From NCBI GenBank assembly GCA_001788925.1, contig MFXS01000036.1, forward strand, positions 19,223 to 81,338: DNA of 62,116 nt. The letters run 5' to 3'. Positions 8,861 to 17,840 of this stretch are shown in pieces. How positions within the stretch are numbered: the stretch's first letter is position 1; each line of letters begins with the position of its first letter. The DNA comes from Candidatus Peribacteria bacterium RIFCSPHIGHO2_01_FULL_55_13 (GTDB lineage: Bacteria > Patescibacteriota > Gracilibacteria > Peribacterales > Peribacteraceae). A model generated the notes under the pieces. It did not search any database. It had not been told where the DNA came from and saw nothing but the letters and a program-made list of their open reading frames with translations. The position numbers and the translations under genes were made by a program.

Positions 8861-10231
8861 TTACAACGCCTTCCATCCCTCCGCCCGCACGATCTGATAC
8901 GCCTTTGCACGTTCTTCGCGCTTGAGCGACTGCAGGGTCTCGGGGCCCACCGATCCGGCTCCATCATCGCTCAGACTATCGACAATGCCCGATGCGACTT
9001 GATAATCGAAAACGGATGAACGCGTGAGTGATCCGAAGTTCCCATTGATCTTTTCTTCGGGGAAATATCCGCGCTCAGCGAGGAGATGCTGGAGAAGACG
9101 CACGCGCGGACCGCTGTGTCCTGTCGCGAGGAACATATCGAGCGTCATTCCTTTTTCAAGCATCAGCTGTTCCACGTGATGGACCGTGAGATATTTGTCG
9201 GCAACGATCGCGATGTGCCTGCGGTTCCATTCCGTCTGAAGCGCTTTCTTGGTCATCGGCCCGATGCGCCCGGCGCCGGGATCGATAGCGGTCCCGACAA
9301 GTCCCTTCTCCTGCTGGAACTGAAGAATGGCTCCGTGAAGCGCAAGGGAGTACGCGCCGTCGGTGCGGCCGGCATAGTAGCCGAGGAAACGGAGGATACG
9401 TTGCGCTTGGGCGGTGCGGCTTTCCGAACTCCCCTTTTCAACGATGCCGTCGATCGGAATCAGGGCGTCACTACGGCGCGACGCGGCGAGAAGATATGCG
9501 GCGGCATTTTCGGTGAGACGGTCGGAGGGCTCGCTGAGCGCAAAGTCTTTGATGAAATGACCAAGCGCCTTCTGGGTATCGGGACCGAAGTAGCCTGAGG
9601 AAGGACGGGAGAAGTACCCCGCCGAACGGAGATGATCCTGAAGGATAGCCGCGGAGAGATTGCGGTCGCCGAGCTTGGGCGTGAGTGCGAGAAGATTTTC
9701 CGTCTGCACACCAAAAGGCGAGAGCCGTGCCATCGGCGCGGGGAGCCGCGCAAGATCGAAATCGTTTCCCGGCTGAGCCGACCCCACGGGGTACACGGTG
9801 CCGCGGATGCGCTGCACGCCGAACGCAAGAGCGCGGGCGAGTCCTTCTTCGCCGTGGCCGACCCAGACGTCGAGGCGGTGTGCGCCGGAATCAAGGACCT
9901 GAATGGCGCCGCCGCGGTCGTGGATGGTGAGCGTGCCGAGACCCGGGAGCGTGACTTCAGTACCGAATCCATACGCCGGAGGCGCGGCAAGCATGCCCGG
10001 GTACACGGCTGTGCCGTCGGCCGCGGTGTGCCCTTCGCCGTTGAGAATCTTGTCGGCTTCGTAGCCGCCACGCACGTAGCAGCACTGCCCAGGCAGCGGC
10101 GAATAGTACGCCGTGAGGATGAACTCCTGTTCGTAGGGAGCGTTCGGATCACGTCCGACCACGTTCATTGGAGCGATGAACGCCAGAAGCGCTACGAGCG
10201 CGCGCATGCGCAGAGGGAATGTTTGTTTCAT
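8861..10231 (-). CDS. Secreted 3D-domain (MltA-like) protein with three peptidoglycan-binding (PG_binding_1-like) repeats
   Basis: YYSPLPGQ...GTAVYPGMLAAP...IHDRGGAI 3D motif; three repeats of the type LQxxLxxxGYFxGxxDGxFG. Confidence 0.75.
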   Translation of the reverse strand: MKQTFPLRMRALVALLAFIAPMNVVGRDPNAPYEQEFILTAYYSPLPGQCCYVRGGYEADKILNGEGHTAADGTAVYPGMLAAPPAYGFGTEVTLPGLGTLTIHDRGGAIQVLDSGAHRLDVWVGHGEEGLARALAFGVQRIRGTVYPVGSAQPGNDFDLARLPAPMARLSPFGVQTENLLALTPKLGDRNLSAAILQDHLRSAGYFSRPSSGYFGPDTQKALGHFIKDFALSEPSDRLTENAAAYLLAASRRSDALIPIDGIVEKGSSESRTAQAQRILRFLGYYAGRTDGAYSLALHGAILQFQQEKGLVGTAIDPGAGRIGPMTKKALQTEWNRRHIAIVADKYLTVHHVEQLMLEKGMTLDMFLATGHSGPRVRLLQHLLAERGYFPEEKINGNFGSLTRSSVFDYQVASGIVDSLSDDGAGSVGPETLQSLKREERAKAYQIVRAEGWKAL

Positions 10232-10277
10232 GTTTTCTCATCATTATAGCAAAAATCAGGAGGTTGGTCTGTAAGGT

Positions 10278-11273
10278 TTACTTTACGATTATTTCCTCCT
10301 CCACCCGCATTCCGAATCTTCCGGGAATATACACTCCCGGCTCAATCGTGATGATTTCACCTTTGAGGAGCTTCTGATCAGGTGCCCTTTGCGAGAGCGT
10401 TACGCCCTCATGGATCTCCAGTCCCACCCCGTGCCCCAGCGCGTGGCAGAAGTACTGTTCGAGCCCGTACCGCTGAAGAACCTCACGCGCGACCTGATCG
10501 AGATGACGGACCGAGACACCCGGCTTGATCGCTTCGATTGCGGCGTCTTTCGCTTCCAGCACCGCCTCGAACACTTTCTTCTGGAGCAGCGTGGGCTTGC
10601 CCGTGAAAAACACCGCGCTCTGATCTGCGGAGTAGCCGCCGTACTTCGCGCCGCAGTCGATCTGCACAATGTGTCCTTTCTGAAGTCTGCGATGCGTGGG
10701 GTGGTGGTGTGGACTGCTCGTATGTGTCCCGAACGCGACGATGGAATCGAAGGCCATACCCTCGGCGCCAAGCTCCCGCGCCCACGCCTGCAACTGCCAT
10801 GCGAGATCGATCTCGCGGATCGGACGTCGGAGCATCGAAGGGACCCTGCGGATGATCTCGCGGGTGATGCGCTGTGCGCGTCGGAATTTCAGAATTTCGT
10901 CCTTGTCTTTCGCACGCCGGAACTCTTCGACCACGCTGGATGTGTGAATAAATTTTGTGTTCTTGAATTTGCTCTTCCAGCGGCGGAATCGATCGAGCGA
11001 GACGTCATTATCCTCCATGCCGCAGCTGCGCACCTTCTTCATCGCGTCTCCGATGGTTGCCGCATCCCGCACAGACACCCCCCGATGGACTGCATGCGCC
11101 GCTGTTTCGAGATAGCGACCGTCGGTAAAAAGCGTCATGCCGTTTTTGTCGATGAGGAGGATGCCTGAACTGAGAGATATACCCGTCAGAAAGCGGATAT
11201 TGACAAGGTTGCTTACTAAAAATGCGCGGGTTTCGGCGGCTTCGAGAATGGCGGAAGGGCGTTTGGGGCGCAT
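10278..11273 (-). CDS. M24-family Xaa-Pro aminopeptidase
   Basis: DCGAKYGGYSAD and HGVGLEIHE metal-ligand motifs. Confidence 0.85.
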   Translation of the reverse strand: MRPKRPSAILEAAETRAFLVSNLVNIRFLTGISLSSGILLIDKNGMTLFTDGRYLETAAHAVHRGVSVRDAATIGDAMKKVRSCGMEDNDVSLDRFRRWKSKFKNTKFIHTSSVVEEFRRAKDKDEILKFRRAQRITREIIRRVPSMLRRPIREIDLAWQLQAWARELGAEGMAFDSIVAFGTHTSSPHHHPTHRRLQKGHIVQIDCGAKYGGYSADQSAVFFTGKPTLLQKKVFEAVLEAKDAAIEAIKPGVSVRHLDQVAREVLQRYGLEQYFCHALGHGVGLEIHEGVTLSQRAPDQKLLKGEIITIEPGVYIPGRFGMRVEEEIIVK

Positions 11274-11299
11274 GGGAGAAGTATAGGGCGATCAGGGAT

Positions 11300-11348
11300 G
11301 AAACCCGAAACCCATTAAACCCACCAAACCCACAAAACACACCAAACC
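11300..11348. repeat. Single-armed tandem heptad tract (AAACCCN words)
   Basis: GAAACCCGAAACCCATTAAACCCACCAAACCCACAAAACACACCAAACC in the divergent spacer between the aminopeptidase and pilin genes. Confidence 0.6.
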
Positions 11349-11374
11349 TATTCATTGTCCAAAACCCCCTTTTC

Positions 11375-11383
11375 TGCTATCAT
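11375..11383 (+). promoter_or_regulatory. Putative extended -10 (TGcTATCAT) abutting the pilin start codons
   Basis: The TGnTAxxxT element ends 3 nt before ATG 11387 and 6 nt before ATG 11390; no Shine-Dalgarno visible. Confidence 0.3.
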
Positions 11384-11386
11384 ACT

Positions 11387-12289
11387 ATGATGCTTTCACT
11401 TCTCCGCACCACCCACTCTATCCGCCGTACGACACAGCGTATCGGCACCATTGCCACGACTACGGCGATGCTCTTTGGCATGAGCCTTCTGACACTCGCT
11501 CATGCATCCGTCTTCTGCCCCGGCGGCAGCTGCAACGGCATCGATTACGGAGTCAACTACGCGGCGAACGACATCGGGCTTTCCACAAACTCCCCCCTCG
11601 CGACGATCAACAGCATCATCGATACTGCAAAATTTTACGTCAACATCCTCGCGATCGCCGTCATCGTCATCGCGGGCTTCTACCTGATCCTCGGCCTCGG
11701 CAGCGACAATTCGAAGGAGACCGCGAAGAAGATCATCCTCTACACCGCCATCGGCATCGTCATCATCAATCTCGCAGACGAAATCGTCGCGTTTTTCAAC
11801 GACCTCACGACGGGCACAGCCACTGCAACGTTCATCACCCTCATCCAGAACATTATCGACATCGTCACGAGCTACGTTGGCATCCTCGCGGTCGCGGTCA
11901 TCATCATCGCAGGCTTCTACCTGATCTTGGGACTCGGCAGCGAGAACTCGAAAGAAACCGCGCGCAAGATCGTCCTCTACACGGCCGTCGGCATCATCAT
12001 CATCGCGCTTGCCAATGTCATCGTCGACTTCTTCCAGAGTATCAACGACCCCACTCTCTCGATCGATTTGCGGCAGAACATCCTCGACATCATCCTGTTC
12101 GTCATCAACTTCGCTGCGCTCCTCGCAGTTGCAGCCATCGTCATCGCAGGCATCATGCTGATTCTGAGTTTCGGGGAGGAGGGAAGGAAAGACACGGCCA
12201 AGAAGACCATCATCTACGCCATTGTGGGTCTCATTGTGATCGTCCTCGCGTCCGCCATCGTCCGCTTCGTGGCGGAAATCTTCACCTAA
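11387..12289 (+). CDS. Triple tandem VirB2/TrbC-like (T4SS-pilin-type) repeat protein with signal peptide
   Basis: Three units of about 70 aa (nt about 11597-11806, 11831-12040, 12068-12286), each hydrophobic helix - GLGS(D/E)NSKETAxKI - hydrophobic helix. The ORF-track start 11222 runs through the repeat tract and overlaps the upstream gene. Confidence 0.7.
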   Translation: MMLSLLRTTHSIRRTTQRIGTIATTTAMLFGMSLLTLAHASVFCPGGSCNGIDYGVNYAANDIGLSTNSPLATINSIIDTAKFYVNILAIAVIVIAGFYLILGLGSDNSKETAKKIILYTAIGIVIINLADEIVAFFNDLTTGTATATFITLIQNIIDIVTSYVGILAVAVIIIAGFYLILGLGSENSKETARKIVLYTAVGIIIIALANVIVDFFQSINDPTLSIDLRQNILDIILFVINFAALLAVAAIVIAGIMLILSFGEEGRKDTAKKTIIYAIVGLIVIVLASAIVRFVAEIFT

Positions 12290-12297
12290 ATTGCAGC

Positions 12298-14625
12298 ATG
12301 CCCGGCCGCTCCTCCTTCCTCCGGCAGATGACGGCCCTCGCGATTCTCGTCGCGGGTATCGCCGTTGGCATCGAGCTGACGCAGGCCCAGCAGTCGCAGG
12401 CCGAGGAGGTGACGCTGCCGCTTGGATCAGTGTTCGAGATTCTGGCGCAGGAAGGCGGCCCCGGCACCCAGTATGCTTGGGTGCTTTCGCTCGACCGGAC
12501 GTTTTTGCAGGCGGGACGCGGACGCGCCCTGCGCACGCGCTTCTCGCAGCCCGGGAAATATCTTCTAAGCGCGGAAGTGGTCCCTGCCCGTCCGGAGGGC
12601 GAGCCAACCAGAGGCAAAAGCATCCGCCGCTCGTTTGTGATCAACGTGAAGGAAGATACGGTGCCTCCAGAAGCCTCGGCAACCGTCACGACGGATCCGC
12701 CGCACGTCTCGGGACTGATCGGGCTCAGTGAAACGCAGCAGCTTGTAAAGATTATTCCACCGCCGGGGATCGTAAGCGCCCTTGCCGTAGACGCGGACGT
12801 GAACGTGGACGAGGACGGGGACGGAACCGCGGACAATGACCCGAGCAGCGCCGATACGTTCCTCGGCACCGACGCCCTGCCACTCTTCCTGTGGATCACG
12901 GGAGACCCTCCGAAGACCTTTTCACTCACCGGACAAATCGCGGACGGCTCCACCTTCACCCAGCAGTTCACCGTACATATCGGAGAGGCACCCGTGCCGG
13001 GAGAGGAACCTACCCCCCAGACGGGAGGCATCGGGTACACCGAACGCGAAAACGGTTCCGTACATCTGCGGATGCAGGAGGATCCACCGGGAAATACCCC
13101 TGTGCTGCCGCTGTGGGATTTCGGAGACGGAACCCAGAGCATGCACCTGGAGCCCGTCCACTCCTACGGTTCTTCGGGAACCTATGTCGTTCGTGTGCGG
13201 CTCAAGGACCTGCGCAACGGTATCGACATCCGCGATCTGCAACAGTCGATCCTGGTGCGCGGAAGTTCTGATGCCGCGCCGACCGATCCGGAAACGCCCC
13301 TGGAGGAAGAACCCAAGCCCGAGCCCGGCAGAACATCGAGAATCATGAGACTCGTCATCAAGCTTCTTCTGTTCCTCGTTGTTGCCGCCGCCATCGGTGG
13401 CGCCGCGACGTTTGCGTTCCTGAAACTGCGGCACGGTAAATCCCTCGCCGACCGCCTCGAGGAAGCCGACAAGAAAATGACCATCGGCAAGGAAGGAGCA
13501 GGAACGGAGATCGCTCCGATGAGCCTGCCGGAAATCGTGGATGAAGCACCCAAAAAGCCGGCACCTCTTCCTGCTCCCACTCCCGCAAAAGAGACAGTCG
13601 CTCCTGCATTATCTCCGGCGCCGGTTCTCTCCGATACCTCCATACCCGACTGGCTCAACCCGACCCCGAAGAAGGCAGAACCTGCACCAGCTCCCGCACC
13701 TGCACCGAAACCTGTGGCGCCCGCTCCTGCGCCAGCCCCCTCACCGAAGCCTGCTCCTACCGCTCCTGCACCAGCTCCGACACCTCCTGCTGCTCCCGCT
13801 GCGAAAGAAGCGCCAAAGCCACAGGCTCCGGTCTCGGGCCCCGATGGACCGCTGCCCGCATGGCTGCAACCGAGCAATGGAACGACTCCGGCTCCTGCTG
13901 CGACACCGGTCGCGCCGACACCAACACCTGCACCTGCGCCGACGCCACCCGCTCCCAAACCTGTGATTGCTACGGCTCCGACACCGGTCACTCCTCCCGT
14001 TACTGCTACACCTCCGAAATCTCCCGATCTCCCCACTCCCAATCTCCCGACCTCCCCACTCCCAACTCCCGATGCGCCGATGCCTGCATGGCTGCAGCCT
14101 GCTCCCCCAAAAACTCCGGAAACAGTAAAGCCTGTAGCCCCGACACCTCCGCCTGCACCAATCGCATCGACACCGGCTCCCGTACCTGTAGCCTTGAAAC
14201 CGGCACCGGCTCCAGTCACACCTGCGCCCATACCAGCTCCTACACCGGCTCCGGCGCCGATATCTGCTCCTGCTCCGATCGTACCTCCTTCCGTACCGGC
14301 CCCTGCACCAAAGCCGACAGCGGCGTCAGTAACCAGTAACCCGCAACCCGCAACTTCACCCCCGACAGAAAAAGTGTTATCCGATAAAGAACGTGAGAGA
14401 CGCAGGCTCAAGCGCCAACGCTACCGCCAGAACAAAGCCAAGCGCGAAGTCGAAGCAAAGCAATCGGGAACTCCCGCACCGCAAGCTCCAACGAAACCCG
14501 AACAACGCCCCGACGATGCCCCGGTCGCCTTCATCCGCGCCGAGAGCATTGAACAGAAGCCGGAACCCAACACGAAACCGGTAACCAGTAACCCGCAACC
14601 ACCCCCCAAGGACATCGCGGCATAG
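12298..14625 (+). CDS. Surface/membrane protein with PKD-like domain, one TM helix and a long Pro/Ala-rich tail
   Basis: WDFGDGTQSMHLEPVHSYGSSGTYVVRVRL PKD signature; TM segment LLLFLVVAAAIGGAATFAFL; then about 380 aa of APAP/TPxP low complexity. Confidence 0.75.
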   Translation: MPGRSSFLRQMTALAILVAGIAVGIELTQAQQSQAEEVTLPLGSVFEILAQEGGPGTQYAWVLSLDRTFLQAGRGRALRTRFSQPGKYLLSAEVVPARPEGEPTRGKSIRRSFVINVKEDTVPPEASATVTTDPPHVSGLIGLSETQQLVKIIPPPGIVSALAVDADVNVDEDGDGTADNDPSSADTFLGTDALPLFLWITGDPPKTFSLTGQIADGSTFTQQFTVHIGEAPVPGEEPTPQTGGIGYTERENGSVHLRMQEDPPGNTPVLPLWDFGDGTQSMHLEPVHSYGSSGTYVVRVRLKDLRNGIDIRDLQQSILVRGSSDAAPTDPETPLEEEPKPEPGRTSRIMRLVIKLLLFLVVAAAIGGAATFAFLKLRHGKSLADRLEEADKKMTIGKEGAGTEIAPMSLPEIVDEAPKKPAPLPAPTPAKETVAPALSPAPVLSDTSIPDWLNPTPKKAEPAPAPAPAPKPVAPAPAPAPSPKPAPTAPAPAPTPPAAPAAKEAPKPQAPVSGPDGPLPAWLQPSNGTTPAPAATPVAPTPTPAPAPTPPAPKPVIATAPTPVTPPVTATPPKSPDLPTPNLPTSPLPTPDAPMPAWLQPAPPKTPETVKPVAPTPPPAPIASTPAPVPVALKPAPAPVTPAPIPAPTPAPAPISAPAPIVPPSVPAPAPKPTAASVTSNPQPATSPPTEKVLSDKERERRRLKRQRYRQNKAKREVEAKQSGTPAPQAPTKPEQRPDDAPVAFIRAESIEQKPEPNTKPVTSNPQPPPKDIAA

Positions 14626-14657
14626 ACACGTCTCCAAGACTGCGATAGCGTCCCCCC

Positions 14658-16148
14658 ATGTCCTCCTTTCTTCTCCGTGCCCTCGTCACGTTTACCGGCG
14701 CGTGCGTTTTGGTCGTGGAGATCCTCGCCACCCGCATCCTCGCGCCGCACTTCGGAAGTTCGCTCTACACCTTAAGCAGTGTGCTCGGCGTCACCCTCGG
14801 CGCGCTCAGCATCGGCTACTACTTCGGCGGCATCCTCGCGGATAAAAATCCCTCGTGGAAAACGCTCGGCATCCTCCTCGTCCTCGCGGGAGTGACCACG
14901 CTGCTCATCTGGCCGCTCTCGCTCTTTGTGCTTCCCTCGCTTGGCCCCGCTCTTACGGGAGGCAGTGGCCCCTTGATCGGATCCATCCTGCTCTTCCTCG
15001 TTCCCTGCGGCATCCTCGGCACCTTTTCGCCCTATGCCGTAGCACTCGAAGCCCGCTTCACTCCGGGCCACAGCGCCGGGCGCGCCGCGGGAAACATCTT
15101 CTTCTGGTCCACGCTCGGAAGCATCGCGGGCAGCATCGCCGCGGGCTTCACGCTTATTCCGCTTCTCGGGATCAAATTGCTGATTGCATGCATCGGCATC
15201 GCGCTCTTCGGCATCGGTGCGCTTATCATGCTCATGACGATGAAAAAAGGCCGCGGCATCGGACTCCTCATCTCGTGCCTGTTTCTCGCCGTGAGCGCGC
15301 TTTCCGTCGCGGAAAAAAGTGAGGCTGTGTACGCGGCCGACGGCGTCTACCAAAGAATCATCGTTCAGGACGTCGCGCTTTCCGATCACACTCTTCGCAT
15401 TCTCTGGCAGGACCGCAACGCCTCCTCCGGAATCCATCTCGATCATGATGATCTCGCGTTTGAGTACACCAGGCCAGTCGCCGCAGCCTGGACCGGGCGC
15501 GAAGGCCCGAGGCGTTCTCTCGTGATCGGCGCCGGAGCATTCATCGTTCCGGGATTCATCGCCAAGGCGCTTCCGGAGGCAGAGGTGGACGTCGTGGACA
15601 TCGAACCGGGCCTCGAGGAGATCGCGACGCGTTTTTTCCGCTTTGAACCATCGCCGCGCGTGCATTCGATCATCGCCGACGGACGGACGCATGTGCGCGA
15701 CTCCGAGCCCTATGACCTGATTATCGGAGACGCCTACCAGGCGACGCATGCGATTCCCCCACACCTCACCACGCAGGAATTTTTCACGCTGGTGAAGGAG
15801 CACCTGACAGAGGACGGGATGTTTATCGGCAACTTCATTGGTTCTATAGACATCACCAAGCAAACCTATCTCCCCGCTGCGATGAAGACGCTGCTCTCCG
15901 TGTTCCCCGAAGGCCGCTTCTACGGAATCCAGAACCCGAAAACCTTTGAAGTCCAAAACGTGATCTTCATCGCCTGTAAAACCGAAACATGCATCGATCC
16001 TTGCTCCTCTGCCTTCAAGCGAAGTTCCGATCCCGTCCTTTCGACGCTCTGTGAAAGGGAAGTAAAAGTGAATCCGGCGGATCTCGCGATGCATTCTCTC
16101 CTTACCGACGATTACGCTCCGGTGGAGTGGCTGAGTATTCGGGAGTGA
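14658..16148 (+). CDS. Fused polytopic membrane domain / spermidine-synthase-like methyltransferase-fold protein
   Basis: Multiple N-terminal TM helices; VIGAGAF...VDVVDIEPG...DLIIGDAY SpeE-like motifs. Confidence 0.75.
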   Translation: MSSFLLRALVTFTGACVLVVEILATRILAPHFGSSLYTLSSVLGVTLGALSIGYYFGGILADKNPSWKTLGILLVLAGVTTLLIWPLSLFVLPSLGPALTGGSGPLIGSILLFLVPCGILGTFSPYAVALEARFTPGHSAGRAAGNIFFWSTLGSIAGSIAAGFTLIPLLGIKLLIACIGIALFGIGALIMLMTMKKGRGIGLLISCLFLAVSALSVAEKSEAVYAADGVYQRIIVQDVALSDHTLRILWQDRNASSGIHLDHDDLAFEYTRPVAAAWTGREGPRRSLVIGAGAFIVPGFIAKALPEAEVDVVDIEPGLEEIATRFFRFEPSPRVHSIIADGRTHVRDSEPYDLIIGDAYQATHAIPPHLTTQEFFTLVKEHLTEDGMFIGNFIGSIDITKQTYLPAAMKTLLSVFPEGRFYGIQNPKTFEVQNVIFIACKTETCIDPCSSAFKRSSDPVLSTLCEREVKVNPADLAMHSLLTDDYAPVEWLSIRE

Positions 16149-16194
16149 AAAAATTTCCGCGCCGGTGGAAGAGGCGATACCATGGGGCTGAACG

Positions 16195-16959
16195 ATGACC
16201 GCATTGCGCCCCATCCTCCTCTCGATTCCACACTCTTCGCTTTTCGTCCCGAAAGAGCTCCGGGGAATGCTAAAAATCGATGACAAGGAACTTCTGAGAA
16301 ATATCGATCTCTTCACCGACCGCCTGTACGACCTGGAGGGATACTACAAAGTCATCGGCACAATCTGCCGCATTTGCGTGGATGTGAACCGCGCACCGGA
16401 TGATTTCTCGAAAGAGTACGACATGGGCCATGACGGCGTCGCCGTGAATACCACGTACTTCGGCAATCCCGTCTACAAAAAACCACCCTCCGAGAAACTG
16501 ATGGATACCATCGTCGCCGCATACCACACGCCGTACCATGAACAGATCGACAAGCTCATGCCCAAAGTGAAGTTCCTGTTCGATTGCCATTCCTATCTGC
16601 CGCGCGGCCCGAAGGTGAAAAAGGACGCAGGCGAGAAACGTCCGGACTTCAACCTGGGGAACCGCAGGTTCTCCACGAGCACCCGGGAGCACATGGTGTT
16701 CGCGCGCGATTTCTTTAAAAAGCGGAATTACACGGTGGGTGTGAACGTTCCCTATATCGGCGGATACATCATCGCCCATCATTGCCACCGCCGCCGCGTG
16801 CCAGGAACCTTCGTTCCGGGCATGCAGATCGAAATCAATCAGGCGCTCTATATGGACCACGACACCCTTGAACCGTTGCACGGCAACATCGAGGAAATGC
16901 GCGCGTTGCTTCAGGAATTTGTTGACGCGTTCTACGGGGAATTCCGCAAATCCCTCTGA
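16195..16959 (+). CDS. N-formylglutamate amidohydrolase (FGase) family protein
   Basis: SIPHSS...VDVNR...DCHSY...NVPYIGGY...QIEINQALY matches the FGase family pattern. Confidence 0.75.
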   Translation: MTALRPILLSIPHSSLFVPKELRGMLKIDDKELLRNIDLFTDRLYDLEGYYKVIGTICRICVDVNRAPDDFSKEYDMGHDGVAVNTTYFGNPVYKKPPSEKLMDTIVAAYHTPYHEQIDKLMPKVKFLFDCHSYLPRGPKVKKDAGEKRPDFNLGNRRFSTSTREHMVFARDFFKKRNYTVGVNVPYIGGYIIAHHCHRRRVPGTFVPGMQIEINQALYMDHDTLEPLHGNIEEMRALLQEFVDAFYGEFRKSL

Positions 16960-17822
16960 CGCATGCGCCCCTCCTCATTATCGGCGCAGACAGGAAATGG
17001 GAAGAAGCGGCGCTGCTCACGGCGGCAAAAAAGTCCGGCATACGTGCAGCATTTCTGAACGCCGGCGATCTGCGTGTCACGAGCCGATCCGCAAAACCCT
17101 CGGTACGACACAAGGGAAAAGACATCTCGAGGCAATTTCGAACAAGCAGGATCATCTTCCGTCGCACCCGCGGGGCACGCGAAAACATGATCGCGCTTGC
17201 GGAGGTCGCAGCCGAGTGGAAGGTGCCCTTCACGGATTCCCTTCGCAGTATCCGCGACAACCTCGACAAGCGGCTTTCTGTCCCGCCGTTCACTGCGACC
17301 GCGATTCTGCCCATCCCCACGCTCTTTCTCGATCCGGCGGAAATCGTCCGCCCTCCAAAGGAATGGATTTTTCCGCTTCTTGTAAAACCCGCGCTCGGCC
17401 GGCATGGCAAGGGAATCCGGATCTTCCAAACGGAAAAAACTCTCCAGTCTTTTCTGCGCGCAAACCGCAGCCCCGTGCTACTGCAGCCGCTCCTCACGAT
17501 TGACAAGGAATTCCGCGTCTTCTGCGTAGGCGACCATGCACTCGGCACCATCCGTAAGATTCCCAAAAAAGGATCTCTCGTCGCAAACTACGCAGCTGGC
17601 GCGAAGTTCGTAAAGGCCGTATTGCCCGCGCGCGTGGCGAAAGAAGCGGTGAAAATCTGCGCATCTCTGGAGATCGACATCGGCGGCGTGGACCTCGCGC
17701 GCGTCGGGAGACGGTACTACCTGCTTGAAGTGAACCGCTGCCCGGAATTTAGTGCGTTTACCAAAGCCACAGGGAACGATGTGGCATCCGCAATCGTGCG
17801 CTTTGCGCTGAAAAAGAAATAG
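16956..17822 (+). CDS. RimK-like ATP-grasp ligase; start codon uncertain
   Basis: PLLVKPALGRHGKGI, EFRVFCVG, GGVDLARVGRRYYLLEVNRCPEF. A convincing pre-ATP-grasp N-domain (PLLIIGADRKWEEAALLTAAKKSGIRAAFLN) is in frame upstream of the ORF-track ATG 17187 but has no ATG/GTG/TTG. Confidence 0.7.
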   Translation: MTHAPLLIIGADRKWEEAALLTAAKKSGIRAAFLNAGDLRVTSRSAKPSVRHKGKDISRQFRTSRIIFRRTRGARENMIALAEVAAEWKVPFTDSLRSIRDNLDKRLSVPPFTATAILPIPTLFLDPAEIVRPPKEWIFPLLVKPALGRHGKGIRIFQTEKTLQSFLRANRSPVLLQPLLTIDKEFRVFCVGDHALGTIRKIPKKGSLVANYAAGAKFVKAVLPARVAKEAVKICASLEIDIGGVDLARVGRRYYLLEVNRCPEFSAFTKATGNDVASAIVRFALKKK

Positions 17823-17840
17823 CTCGTCCAGAGTCCCTTC

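Noticed and set aside
16868-17503. A 211-aa ORF overlapping the FGase end and the RimK-like gene; also 41404-42030 overlapping the RAYT gene and 60188-60421 in the rpoC upstream region.
   Set aside because: These are out of frame with well-supported genes or lie in AT-rich hairpin DNA. Their products are Arg/Ser/Cys-rich or have no motifs.
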